NCBI GenBank assembly: GCA_002633005.1
Contig: NMRA01000176.1
Span: forward strand, 319,740 to 383,739
Direction: 5' to 3'
Length of the DNA: 64,000 nt
DNA from: Phoronis australis
Lineage: Eukaryota > Animalia > Phoronida
The position numbers and the translations under genes were made by a program. Under the pieces are notes generated by a model, which made no database searches, was not told the origin of the DNA, and saw only the letters and a program-made list of their open reading frames with translations. This document shows, one piece after another, positions 10,850-23,701 of this stretch (position 1 is the first letter of the stretch; each line of letters begins with the position of its first letter).

Positions 10850-11517
10850 TCATCGGAATTCTTCCACAGAGGGTACTTCTTTAAATTGCATGACGCACTG
10901 TGTAAAGGAAGTTTGTGATTCCATTGTTTTGAAAAATTGATCATTGCTTGGAGTTGATTTCTTTGACAGACAATCAACATTCAAATTGTTACCATGAGGA
11001 TCCAAGATAGGTTTAGATGCAAGTGGTGAAAAACAATTGTGTGATGTTGATACGTCTACAGAGTTTGTGATTAGCACCTGTACACCTCTTTTATGGCTCT
11101 TTGATTTTGGACTTTTTTCTCTTTGGACTGTATCACTCATTTTTACAGGACTACAGTCAACAGAGTTCTGATCAGATTGAGAACTAAATGAACAAGGCGA
11201 TGATAGTTCATGTTCTTGTATTAAGCTTAAGATTGTGCTGTCTTCAGATTGTCTATTCTTTTGCATTAGGTCTCCATTGCATTGAAAGAACACGATTTTA
11301 GTTTCAGACCTGCTTTGCGGTAAAGCACTAAATGTACACCCTTGCCTTTACGTGACAACCGTTTCACATAGGTTGTGCATTGACTATTGTTTCCTTTGAC
11401 AGCCGATGCAATGGATAAATCCAACATCACATTAGATTTACAATCATCAATGACAGGGAACTGATTATTACGGCGACAAATTGCAAAAAGCCTAGGATCC
11501 ATTTGAAAGGCTCCCAT
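10850..11517 (-). mobile_element. Degraded ORF, possibly a non-LTR (CR1/L2-type) ORF1 remnant
   Basis: Two overlapping frames containing 'VHLVLYRK..FFQ' and 'VSTSHNCFSPL', reminiscent of LINE ORF1 motifs. The resemblance is weak. Confidence 0.3.
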
Positions 11518-12938
11518 TAAGAATTACGGCATCCCATGAACAACAATATTCTATGAAAGGGATACAAGAGGAATATTTTTTGTATCCGAGCCAAGATCAA
11601 GCTCGACAGATATGAAATTTGCAGTATTAAAAATGAATTGATTTCTCTCAAAATGTGACCACATTCAGCAGAATTTTGCTCATTAGTGTTGCGCTGCTTG
11701 AATCTTGTTTTCTAAAACAAGTGTAATATCTCCATGTACTTGTACACTGATAGTCAATTCAAAATACTGCAACGATGGAAGGGATAGATATTTTGTGGTC
11801 CTGAAATTGCAGTTAGGACACAGTAGCCCAATTGCCAACCTTTAATGAAAACTCGTCACTGTCACAGTCTGCCAAATGCTGAAAAGCACCTATAATTTCA
11901 GCATCTCCTCTCCCTTTGGGGTGAAACAAAGATGGGCAATTATTCATTAAGATGTCCTAAACCTGTTCCCTTGCTATCACAATTTAATCCAAGTGATTGC
12001 ACTTTAGTCGATCTCACAGTGAAGCTGTGAAGACACACAGTGGAAGAGTGCTAAAAATGTGTCAATCCAAACCACGTTGAACACCTGTGTTTGTGCACTT
12101 TGCGCTGAATACCATTTCTCAAAAATGACAAATCAAAAATGGCAGATTTTTAAAAGGATGGCGTCAATTTCACAAGTGACTAAAGAACTGTACCTGCAAC
12201 ATGACCTAAAATCTACAGGAGACTACTTCCATCAGCGCCCGCAGCTCTTCACTTTCATTCCACCAAGTGGTCAGGATTCTCAAATAAGTGTTTATTCTGA
12301 AATCCTTGCAGTGTGCATTTAGGCCACTTATATACCAGATGAGGCAGAAAGTCAGACTGGCAAGGAAATTGCCTAAGATACACAATACTATCAATAATTT
12401 CCCTTCCCTCTCACCCAGATAACACTTTCACATTTAAGGTGAATTGTTATCTTTCTGAGGCCAATACTTCAATTAAAGTTAAAAGTATATTCAACGTTTT
12501 AATTGATTTGCTTTATTAGCTATGGGATTGGTGGGGATAACAGAATTCCTCAAACTGATAACCTGACGCAGCGACCTAGTTTTGAAAATGTCAGCCAGTG
12601 CCAAGTTGGCTGTTTCCTCTCACTTTTCAATTCTGTGCTCATTGGCAGAAACGTCCAATGTCTTTCATTCCTAACATTGGTTCATAACTTGCCATCTGAC
12701 TTGAGCAATTATGCCAGAAACAGCTAATTAATAATTGAGATGAAGCATTTCTGTCAATAAAACATAAAATTGTTTCAATTTGGTCATGGCAATTCCGATT
12801 TGAAGAGTCTTTTTCATGTTTGTCTTGAAAGAAATATACTAAAAGGTTTAAAAAGCTTTGAATGTATGTTAACAGTTATTCCAAGTAAGCCAAAAACTCC
12901 CGGCTTCAAAATGGATAACATTCATATTTAATTTTTTA

Positions 12939-14090
12939 TTAACAGACATGTGCCCAGACAGTATCGCTCTGTATTTGGACAGGTCTATTACACCAAAGTA
13001 CTTTGCCACACCTACCTTGAAAAACAAAAATGTTTAAAAATGAAACTTTTGTGATGAAGCTAGTCTGGTCATTAATGTGGATGTCCCATTGAGGACATAG
13101 CAGTGAGTCCAAGTCATGGAAGTTGTGATCTCTGTATGAAAATGTTGTTACTTCTGTATGTTTCACAACCTCCGAATCTACTTCTGGATCTACAGGTCCG
13201 AAGTGGACACACACTCGTTTAACTTTTCCTCTTAAAAGCTTTTCTTCTTAAAAGTTTTTCCTCTTAAAAGCATTAGGTGCTTTTCGTGTTGCTGTCGTAA
13301 CAGCTTTTGAAATGTAGAACAATTGTACTGAGCAATTGTTTCAGTAAGAGAATATATGAAAACTTCCAGCTTTCTCCATCTCTGATCCTTGAAATCCCTG
13401 ATTAAGTGGGCTTCTTTAATTTCTTGGAGGGGCAGAGTTAAGAATTCCCTTCTTCGCCTGTCATAGTCCGTGCCTTCCACGCCCAGGAAGGAAACAGCTT
13501 GGGACAACCATCGGTGATAGACCTGGTGAAGAAAGTCTTGGATGCAATCTTCTAGAACATGTCACTGTCTAATGAAGGGACCATGGGTATCTCCATCTAG
13601 GATGTTGACGACATGTGATCTAGAGGCCTTTCTTGTAGGAAATGTTCCCTGAACTTAGCCAAATTTCTTTGCCTGTCTTCACAGTTTGGCCTGAAACAAA
13701 CAAAAGATTAACAAACAAAGTAATAATCAATCAGTAAGCTGGTAAATGATTGCACAATCTGATTTATGTCATTTTATGGGGTAGTTGATACCTTGAATCT
13801 TTAGAAAATGACAGAATATTAGGTTGGCGAAGAATGCAACCATGAAAAACTTTTTCCCAAGACAATCTGTCCCATTTTTCTTAATAAGGAGCAATCAAAT
13901 AGTGACTTGTACCTGTAGCCACAAACTGAGGTATATACACCTGATATGAACATCGCATACTATTCAAAAGATGGAAGGCTGCAAATTAAGACGGTGCTGG
14001 ACTATTCACCTCAAAATTTTGTTTCTACACAAGCAAAGCTGCCAAAGTAAGTCGGTACCTTTACAAAAGTACTTTCAACACTTTGTACCT
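12939..14090 (-). pseudogene. Disrupted intron-containing gene with a chromodomain-like start and an 'LDSLL.PQWD' C-terminal motif; probable transposon accessory gene
   Basis: Acceptors at ~14090 and ~13691 (tttgtttcag). Fragments YKVLKVLL*RY, ..GY, KEIWLSSGNISY, EDCIQDFLHQVYHRW, HNFHDLDSLLCPQWDIHIND, with stops and frameshifts. Confidence 0.45.
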
Positions 14091-14519
14091 GTGGTAATTT
14101 TTTAAACACAAACTTCATTCAGCCAATGCCTGTGAAGAATGCAATTGAAAAGGTTGCCTGCTGTCTTCACAAAGGAAGCGAATATTCATATCTGTAAAGA
14201 CAGTTGATTGAATGACTAAGCATACTTTCATTTTCTTTGGTCTTCCTAGCTCGCATATTATCTGCGACTAAATTTAGCTATCAGAAGGTGTTTCACCTTA
14301 AAACACTACAGGGTGTTTAAATGTTGCTGGAAGTCCAGCAGTTTGCAGTGTATATACTTTCAGAGCGCCAGCAAGAAAAGAGGATCCTCAATTTTTTAGC
14401 TGTGCAGTAGGTTAACAAACATACCTCACTTCACATACACCCTGATGTACAATGTGGTCAAGAGTCATTATTTTTGTGCTAGGCCATCATAACTGTAAAC
14501 ACAAATGTTTGTAAATATT

Positions 14520-15070
14520 AATTACCCTGTGGATCCAAGAGACATTCAACTCCACCGAATTCATATGGCTGTGTCACAACATCCAAACACAGTCTCCACT
14601 GACTTTTATTTAGCATTCTATCTGATGTCAAGCAAGCTCTGAAGAATAGACACACTTCAGCATCCACTATGCTGACAATATCTGGGAAAGGAAAGGACTG
14701 GTAATCAAAATGAAACAATATTCAAGTGACAATATACAAAAGATCTTTGAAGCCAAGGGGGTTCATAGATTGCAGTAATTCATCTGTGAAACAGCTGGTG
14801 ACCCCAACTCAGTTGCCACAGAACTTTATATCATGTAATAGTGCATATCATTATCAAGTGTCTTTGCTTAACAGTTGAACTATTTATCAATATCACAACT
14901 CTGTGTAAAAAGCCTCCTTTAAAAATTCATAGCTTTATTTTTTAGATAATCAGTGAATGCAACTTCAGTATTAAATCGGTGTTCAGGTCATGTATGTCAT
15001 GCAACCAGTATTTCACAGTCTCCGCCCTTAAAAGATATTACAACTTGATTGGAATAATTTCTATATCACC
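14520..15070 (-). mobile_element. Probable KDZ (Kyakuja-Dileera-Zisupton)-type transposase C-terminal remnant
   Basis: PIKL*YLLRAETV; 'tac-acagag-ttgtgatatt' reads YDRACDI with two 1-nt deletions restored; then H..P and FPDIVSIVDAEVC..FF...RMLNK, similar to the KDZ 'NTE.CEQ.F' region. Confidence 0.42.
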
Positions 15071-15479
15071 TTTAAAATACAACTTGGGTAATATTACTGT
15101 TAATCAGTTTACCTTTACATTGCATTATTTGTTTCTAATGGTACATATTAGTACTTTTCTTGACCGACAGTTTGAAAAGGATGTTGGACATTTTGTAGGC
15201 CAAACAGTAAATTAAGTTGCAGTGCACACATGAAGTGGGGTTATGAAAAAAATGTCCTGTGGTATTTTTTGCTATCCTGTGCTACCAGTTTTGCATTATT
15301 CAATACCTCTTCCTTCAGAAGTCTTCTACATTATTGTCGAATAACCTTCGTTGTTCCTGAATGCAAATGTGTTTCTTTTCTAATAACTTCATAAAAACAA
15401 AGTAACACTTAAATATTAAAAAGCAAAAATGTCAATATCTTGTTCATAAAATTGCCACTCAAGTACAAGTCACTCTATA

Positions 15480-15830
15480 GCTTGCTCAAAGACATAAGAT
15501 GTCATTAATTTCAGGATTGGCTTATTGTTTTGACTCACTTGGTCTTCATTGATATCACCAGTGATAACTATACATACTCAAGTTCCTCGTGTGATAACAT
15601 CCAGAAGTGTTCGCAAGTTTCTCAGGAATGCTGGAAAGAAAACTAAAGCAGACAATATGCAGTTGTCAGCAACGCATTACTGGCTGTCTTAGTTTAATAA
15701 CCAAAAACTCAAGATCACTTACATCTGGTATTATGCTAGTCTCATCACAATCGCAATGCCTTTTAACATACATAGCAAACACCTCCTGCGTGTTGACCAC
15801 ACAACTGGTTAGAGGAATTGCAAATTAGCC
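15480..15830 (-). mobile_element. APE-type endonuclease fragment, Helentron/Helitron2-like
   Basis: GG(V)FAMYVK..DVSDLEFLVIKLRQPV..AFLRNLRTLLD..IVITGDINED..ILKLMTSYVFEQ. These EEP-fold motifs resemble Helentron-encoded endonucleases. Confidence 0.6.
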
Positions 15831-16399
15831 GAGCACACACTTGCACACCTAATCCTACAGTGATGAGGATTAGACATTCACGCCCAAAACGAAGCAAATA
15901 AACAACGCAAAAACATAATTAACACCGGGCCTAGTGTGCTCTCCATCTTTTCAAAAGGTCCCCATGCAAGTTAGGTATAAAAAAGCTATGTTTGACCCTC
16001 TAATCTTTGGAAACTAATGAAAAAGTCTCTGGCACTAAACACCGCAATCAAAAGCCTTCCAAGTCCTTCAGGTCTTGACTGGGTGAATACAGATGGTCCA
16101 TCCAATTATCTTGTTTCATACATGTCAAGACCATCAGATATTGCACCATCTTATTGTTAAGTGATCTTCTACTATCCGTTTTAATGGCCTTCAATCGACT
16201 GATTCCACACTCACAGCTCACTGATGTAACGCAAAAAGGTGATGCAATTTGAACCAGTTTCCATATGTTCGGGTAAACACGCTTATGATGATAGATGCTG
16301 TAATTGGTGCAGAATAGTGACTATAAAACTCATTATGTAACGAATTAACTTTTACTTTGCTTTTCTTTCTTTCAGCCAACGCCGAAATGGTCATCTATA

Positions 16400-16918
16400 T
16401 TCATTCCTAGCATTAATGCCTTAAGTTGCCATTGGACTTTAGCAATTATGCCACAAACTGTTAATTAATAAATGTGATGTAGTTTTTCTGTCGATAAAAC
16501 ACATGTATAAAGCTGTGTCAACTTGGTCATGGCCCTTCCGGGTTGAAGCGTCTTTTTCACGTTTGTCTTGATAGAATCTACTAAATGAAAAGGTTTTGAA
16601 AGCTTTAAGTGTAAGTTATCACTTAATGCTAAGTAAACCAAATACTTGACAGCTTCAAAATGGATAACGTTCACCTTTAATTTCTAATTAACAGACATGC
16701 TCCCACAGTATCATCCCGTATTTGGACAGGTGTACTGCACCAAATTATTTAGCCACACTTACCTTGAAAAGTGATGAAAACTTTATATACTTGTTTACTT
16801 TAAATGACACATTTCTGATGTAGCTAGTTTGGTCATTAGTGTGGGTGTCCCATTGTGGACCTAACAGTGAGTCCAAGTAATGGAAGTTGTGATCTGTGAA
16901 TGAAAATGTTACTCCTGT
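16400..16918. repeat. Second diverged copy of segment 12663-13155
   Basis: Colinear blocks 'ttcattccta..agcaattatgcca', 'gcttcaaaatggataac', 'ttggacagg', 'cagtgagtccaagt'. Both copies encode HNFH.LDSLL.PQWD on the - strand. Confidence 0.9.
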
Positions 16919-18899
16919 TAACTGGCATATCCCTGTTGCTTGCTTAAATTGGCTCGTCACAGTGTGTAGGCTTATGTCCGCTGTCAATTCATGTATAATC
17001 GTTCCTCGTTTGACCAAGGATTAAATAACCTGCTTCAGCATGAAAGGGGATATAAATGAAGAATTAGTTTTTGTGGTAAAATATGGTTTATAGCCAATAT
17101 TAATAATTCAAAGTTGTAAATACTGGTACAAAAATTATGTCTTGCCTTTCAAAATGTTAGTTGTTCAATTTAATAGCCATCTAAAGTTGTTACTTTAACA
17201 ATTTTTGTCCAACTATGAAGCATAATATGCCTTTACTCATCCACTCCTTTCCCTGACGCCTGGTGAATTTACCTTTCTCAATTACGATGTCACCACAAGG
17301 TATTACAAGATCGTCCGCCAAAGTAACTTCTTTCTTGAATGGATCCTCAATCTTTCCGACAGGTGATCCTCTTCTGTGAGTCACAGGATCTCCATCAGAT
17401 GGAACTTCTATATTTGCCCTCCCCCCAATTTGGCGTTCTCTCTCCCAGTCACCATTAGTTTGACGCCCCACATGCCATGCAGCTCACTAAGTAAGATTGC
17501 ATGCCCAGAGCACATGCTATTTGTGTTTGATGCTCAAAATAGACTTCTAAGAGTATGCCACACAAAACACATGTATAAGAAGCTGGACGAAACACTGTCT
17601 CGGTGTATATTTTCAGCATGTCATCTCTAACACAGTCCCAAGCTTTGACCAACTTTTTGTTATTAGTTTGATATCTTGAGACACCTGTAAAAACAAAAGA
17701 TGAAATTTTGTAGGTATAAGCTCATTAACTCAATAATCAAAGTGGATAGGCTAAGTAACCCAGTGATGGTTGTAAAACTCATCATTAGACTCAATATTTT
17801 AAACAATGTTGTGATGTGGTTCTTCAGTTTGAAAAGGATGTGCCAAGTCAAGAAATTCCAAATTTGCCAGACCATTTTCTAACAGACGTCACAATTGACC
17901 AAATACAGTGCGTTAAATGTTCGCAGGACACTTTGAAGGAATTCTGGTTAGAGTTCTTACGCAAAAGTTTGGCGACATTAATCACAGCTCTGCCTCGTTC
18001 ACTAAGACTGTTCACTGGGTCCATCGTGACCTCTTCCAAACCCTGGGCGCGTATGGTGGCATGGAAAGGAAAAGGACCCTATCCTCCTACAAGCAAAGTA
18101 TGACAAAGATTAAAATAATTATGTGGCGATAATTACAGAAAGAATTTTTCCATTTATCCTGCCTACACTACTGAACTTGTCTTGAAGGAACTGAAAGTTC
18201 GTGACGTCAAATTAACCATTGGATCTGGTTACATGCCATATTTTTCGAACAGCCTCTTTACCAAAAATGGGCCCTGATAAAGCAGTCAGACAAGCCAATG
18301 AACTAAGCTCATTGTACAAGGTTTCATTCTGCAGGTCTAGGCAGTGTAGCAAAAATGTTATGAATGATTTTACACATCTACGTTCCATCCACTACTCCCA
18401 ACTTGCTTACCATTAATAGCTCCCTTTGGGCTTTGACTAGTGTTGTTTTCCTTCTCTGGAATGATCTCGGTATTTCTTTATTAATTATCTTCAATGTATA
18501 AGTGACAGGCTTAGCCTTATGATGGCAGCGAAGTCGTTGCTACCAGCGTAAATCCCTTAGCGATTCTGCGAGTCAGAAGTGACGTGTATACGAAGGCAAT
18601 TGCATTGTGGACCCAAGCCAGCCGAGGGGTCACGTGTTGCCCAGTGTGCTTGATGAGTTTATAGAGGTTCAGAAAATTGTTTTCAACAATATGAATTACA
18701 AATGTGTCATTTATTTCGTGCCTTCTTCACTACCAGTGATCATTAAATTGTGCAGTCAAATCAGTGGCATGGACTCAATATTAACGTGGAAATAACTTTA
18801 AAAATGAACAATGGTTTCTTTAGTTTCTGGAACATCTGTGCACTCGACTGAACATAAAAATTAACGTCTGAATTGACCGAGTCCAAGGCTTTCTCAATT

Positions 18900-19700
18900 T
18901 AAATGTAGTGGTCGTATTCTACTTCTACCAAGTGTGTAGCTATTTTACAAATAAACAACACAGTTGTGTCAATAGGAGTGCTTGCGCGTTTCATTGGATG
19001 TTGCTGCACTTCTTCAACAGCGTTTTTGATGTCGATGAGTTGTTTTCTTTCCTCGATGTATTCTGTTGCTTCTTGACAGAACGTTCCAGTTCATTTTCCG
19101 GTATGAATTTGAACTATTGCGGTGTCCAGGTCGGAATGTGTGGTGAGTGTACATGTAGTATGCAAGTTGGCAAATTCTTCGCTGACATTTTTCAGTGGAG
19201 TGTGATAGATGACTTCTTGTAGCTGAGCGTATCTCTTCGTGAATGAAGCTCGGTTGCCTCGTCTTTTGGCAAATAGTTGTGCCTTACTTCCAGACATAGT
19301 GTAGTGAGAAGCATTGAGTCACTTCACCAAAAAGATGTTGGTTTTATTATGCAAGGAGCAACCCAAGGAGGTCCGTTGAGGAAAACACATGTTTGATATG
19401 GTGTATTAAAAGCGTCTGGCGTGATAGTACAGGGATATTACATATAACTTGCAAGTGAACCTATTCGACCAGAATGGGCGCCAAATACAAATCTAAACTA
19501 TGGGAAGCAGCTTGGGCTGGAATGTTTGTAAATACAAGTGAAGACTTAACAATAGAGGCAGCTAATTCAGGATTATAGAGTTAAGCTGCTACAGGGGTGA
19601 AAATACAATAGGTTGTCAGTGTCACTAAGTACATAAACATCTAATGTAATAGAGGGTTTATCAACTCAGTTGACATCTATAGAAAACAAGGATATGAAAC
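18900..19700 (-). mobile_element. BEL/Pao-like 5' remnant (LTR end, PBS-like site, gag start)
   Basis: On -, 'aataaaaccaaca|tctttttggtg' near 19336 is followed by MSGSKAQLFAKRRGNRASFTK, which resembles BEL gag N-termini. The far LTR boundary is not resolved. Confidence 0.4.
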
Positions 19701-19996
19701 ATAAACGAATGTAATGAAAAAAGATATATTCCATGAAAAAGTTGATAAATGTCCAAAGAATATTGTCTCCACTCAATAATAGATAACTTTAAACTTAATA
19801 TACAGGAAATGCCTTAACTAATAAACCATGAAAAACTGTCATAAACACATTCCAATAAAAGTGTAATTGAGTCATTGGTCGGAGATAAATCATCGACAGA
19901 AATAGAAGAGATATGACGGAAGAAAGTGGTTGATGAAAAACCTCTTAAACAGCGTGTCTTTGAATTTATATCGAATCCTGTAAAATGCTAAATCAT

Positions 19997-21330
19997 TTAA
20001 GATATCAAAGTCCTCCCAGAATGACATTTTGCACTTTTTGAGGTTTTAGACTGTGTGTAGTAATTCTATACTATAACATTAGCTAAAGAAACATGTTGGG
20101 GAATTATGAATTTTAAAGAAAAAACGCGTTTTTTGGTTTCCGCCACCTGACGTCATCAATGGAAAATCGTTGACCAGTTCAGAGCATAATATATGCAATG
20201 GCGGATGGTAGAAATTTTATAACTTACGAAGACTTAAAGAGTGAATTTGACGAGTATTTCTTAGGTGGGGGCGAAGACGACACTCAGACCGTAGGTGAAA
20301 CACCATAAGTTAGACCTCGTCATATCAGCAGACTTTTTGTGTTCGAGGCCGTACCAACTCGAGGTGTCTTGCGCCGGCATCTTCGGACAGTCCTGATTTC
20401 AGAGCTGACATTTCTGGGTGGTAATTATAGCCTTTTATTGAATCGCCATTTAATTTTCTAATAAATTGTAATATGTATGTCGTGAACTGTGAATCTGTAA
20501 CCAAAGTTTTTACCCCGAATGTCGAAGCCCATTCGCGAAAGTAGCAGAAACTGGATTTCATTTCTTCGAATACGAGTGCGTTTGTCAGAAACGATGATAT
20601 CTAATTATTGTGATGCTAACTGGATTTGAATTCTAGTAAATGATACAGCTCTGTACCGTTGTGATTCGTCGAGTATTTCTGTAGAGTGACCGACTACTCC
20701 CTCTGTGGCGACTGCAGTCGTGACAGTCCACTTTCTACTGTTGGGCATTGACGGATATGTGGTTAGCATGCATTACCACAAAATCTCGAACAAGAATAGA
20801 CTGGCGAAACTTTCTTACTACATTCATAATCATTATCTCAGTCGCAATTTGATGCTGAGGCTAATACTCAATATTTGCTTGACAACCATGTTCCAGCCAT
20901 GGTACAATACACTACAATACATCGTTTTTGCCCTTCAACACTTATCAAATGCACTCACAGGTTGGAGAAACCATCAAATCTCCGTTTCTGCTACGGGTCG
21001 AAGCACAGTTCTTCAAAATGGGCTGAGCACAGCGTCGCCCCTGAACCGGTTGCTTTCTCCAGCGTGCATACCGTGCGGTCATAGGATCTTTTGGGAACAG
21101 AAAAACTGAAATGTTGTCTGTCGTTGGTGCATCCTCTGCACACGAACCTTTTCCTAATACTCGTCTCAAGCAATATTTGATTTTTTTCGGCCACTCCGAC
21201 TCACTACTGGTGTAGAACAACACAGTGGCGGAGACGGGAGTTCCACTGGTGCAGTCACACAAATCTTCATTTTGTCTTAATCTTGCGTTTAGTTGTTGAT
21301 TAAAAATACGCAAATTGAAGAACAATTACT
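19997..21330. mobile_element. THAP-containing non-autonomous DNA transposon, Kolobok-like deletion derivative
   Basis: - strand THAP relic VCRGCTN..SVFLFPKD..W..ATLCSAHFEELCFD (20991-21194). A convergent + strand acidic ORF start MADGRNFITYEDLKSEFDEYF...LFVFEA at 20198 looks KolX-like. Left end begins at TTAA. Confidence 0.55.
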
Positions 21331-21399
21331 TAAAAAATCATACCAAAACTATTGGTAACCGAATCCAAGCATCTATGACCATGGTGTGAAGGGTTTAAA

Positions 21400-22080
21400 G
21401 GAGGCATTTGTGTAAGTATCGTGCCAACGCACATAAACAACATTGGTGTTCTTCTACACTTGAAAGGTTGTGTACCCAAGTTCTTCCTTTTTATGGTTTT
21501 GTTGATTCATGCGCACTGTCCCAATGAAGTATATTTGTCTCTTGGCTACTTTTTTAGCTATTGCAACTGACGAAAAGTAGTGTTTACCTTCTGGTAGAGG
21601 GGCGGTAAGCTTTTCAACAATGTCGGTAGAACGGCCAAGCTCATGCACTTGTTCACCAGCACGAGTTGCTTGATATTAGTCAAAATCGCATATGTACATG
21701 TGGACATCTGCGCCGCCCCACAGCTTGAAGCCCCAGTTGTGTGATTTGTTTGGCATATAAACCTTCGCCCAGATCTTTCTTTGAAGGGTATTATTATTTC
21801 ATCCACAGACTTGCATTCTTTAGTTGACCGAAGTCATATCTTCCACAACTTGCCTTCTTTGGTTTCATTAGTGGCACTATTGTTGTCAATGAATGAATTA
21901 CCGATGCCAATTTCAAGACTCGGTCACGTGACAACACCAGCCACAACCTCAAGCCACCTTTTACTTTCCCATTAAGCAGGAACATTTGGCATTTTCACCA
22001 GCCCCATAAAGAACATCATTACAATTGTTATATTTCAGTAGGTGTCGTGTCTACATACTTTTCGTGTTTCTCAACGCTAT
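21400..22080 (-). mobile_element. piggyBac transposase pseudogene (fragment 2, internally deleted)
   Basis: SVDEIIIPFKERSG, YMPNKSHNWGFKLW, HYFSSV, IYFIGTVRMN. Confidence 0.85.
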
Positions 22081-23278
22081 CTCTGCTGGTCCCGTATGCC
22101 ACCATCTTGCAGCATTTTAACACCATTGTAAAGGTCACATCATAAGCTTCCCAATGGTGTATTAATTAACTCTCTATGTCATGTGTTTCAAAAGTTTTTG
22201 CAGTTTTAAAGAGCAAAATTGCATTCGTGGAATTGGTCATTGTTGTAGTGTAACTTGATGCAGATATGTGTGGACTTTTTTAACGTATTTGTCACAAAAA
22301 TAACTGTAACATGGTCACCCATTGGTCAATTTTAATGGTTCGATCCATTTCAGAAAGCTTAAAACACAGGGATCATTTTTCTGTTAATATAATTTAAATG
22401 CTGAAAACCCAAACAAAATGGCGGAACAAAAATGGCCGCCAAAGATCATTTCTCGACAGAAAAAAAAAATCGTTTCTATGAGAAAAAAATATAATTCTAT
22501 TCAATAATGGACTGGAAAACTTACGAGTCTCCCAGAAGCAAACCACAAATACATTCTAGCCAATTTCTACCAAACTGAGATTTAAAGTGGTCGAAACATC
22601 AGACAAGGATTCAAGAAGGCTGCTGCATACATTCTCTGAATGTGGTCATGTCACGTATCACGCCAGGAGCAGGTTCACTTTAAGTCTCTGCAACAGGCTC
22701 TTGTGGCACAACCTTTGTTTACAGTAAGAACAATTCATGGTACACCTCTTTGAACTAAGTGAGGGTACTGGCTCAGTTTAGGGGTCTGTGTTTACAGACA
22801 CTTTTGTGAAGCAACTTACGAATATGATCACGAGTGATTTTCAAATCATCACCAAGTTTTTCTTGAAGTGATTTAATGGTATCAACAAGAGAATCTTGAC
22901 ACTGATAATAAACATAAACTGCATGTCCATTATGAAATACACTCTCAGACAAATCATTGTAATTATCTAAGATATAACTTATTGCCACACCAGGCTTTGA
23001 AGAGAGGGCAACTTTTCTTTGTTTTCTTCCAGGCATGGTATCTGTAAAAGGAAAATATGCTGTTAATAAAGTTAACGCACGTTACTTTTAGTGTTTTATT
23101 TACCTGTTGCCGTGTGAAAATACGACAGAATGTTATGGTATAGTAATCTTTATTTCTGTTCCGTGGCCCAAAGGTAGCCCATGAACACAGCGAAAATAAA
23201 GTCTGAATACTTCTGAATACCATACAAAACTTGTTCGAATCTTGACTGCAAAGAACAAGAAACACTTAATTAACAAAA

Positions 23279-23652
23279 TGGCTTACACGGGGCGTGGCCA
23301 ACAAAAGACACACAGAAAACAGACCATGGAAACAAATTATACACAAAAATTTACAGCAAATTAAAGACAATACTATCTACACAAATATACAAACTAAGAG
23401 AAATGAAAATGTACTAACTGCGTCCAAAACAAAGCAAATGATACAGATAACGAAAGAAAATACTCGCTAGTACACGACAACAGTAAGTGACTTGACGCTT
23501 CAAATGATGCGGGCAGAGTGAAATGGCAAACCAGTTAAACAATAGACTAGAAAATGCCTAGCGGCGAGGCAGAAAACTAACGCTAAGCAAAACAAAAGAC
23601 CTCACATTTAAAATACATAATGAGCACAATAACCTACAAATCATCCGTAACA
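23279..23652 (-). mobile_element. 3' LTR of a BEL/Pao retrotransposon
   Basis: On -, a PPT-like 'ggggccgg' is immediately followed by TGTTACGG at 23652, about 50 bp after the integrase stop. It ends near 'ggccacgccccgtgtaagcca'. Confidence 0.7.
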
Positions 23653-23701
23653 CCGGCCCCAAAATGCGAATTCAACTATAAGCATTTCTAAAAACTTAAA
23701 C

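Noticed and set aside
22773-23036. 87-aa spliced-looking ORF MPGRKQRKVALSSK as a host gene
   Set aside because: Short, flanked by TE fragments and without a recognisable domain; more likely a transposon ORF start, but unassignable.
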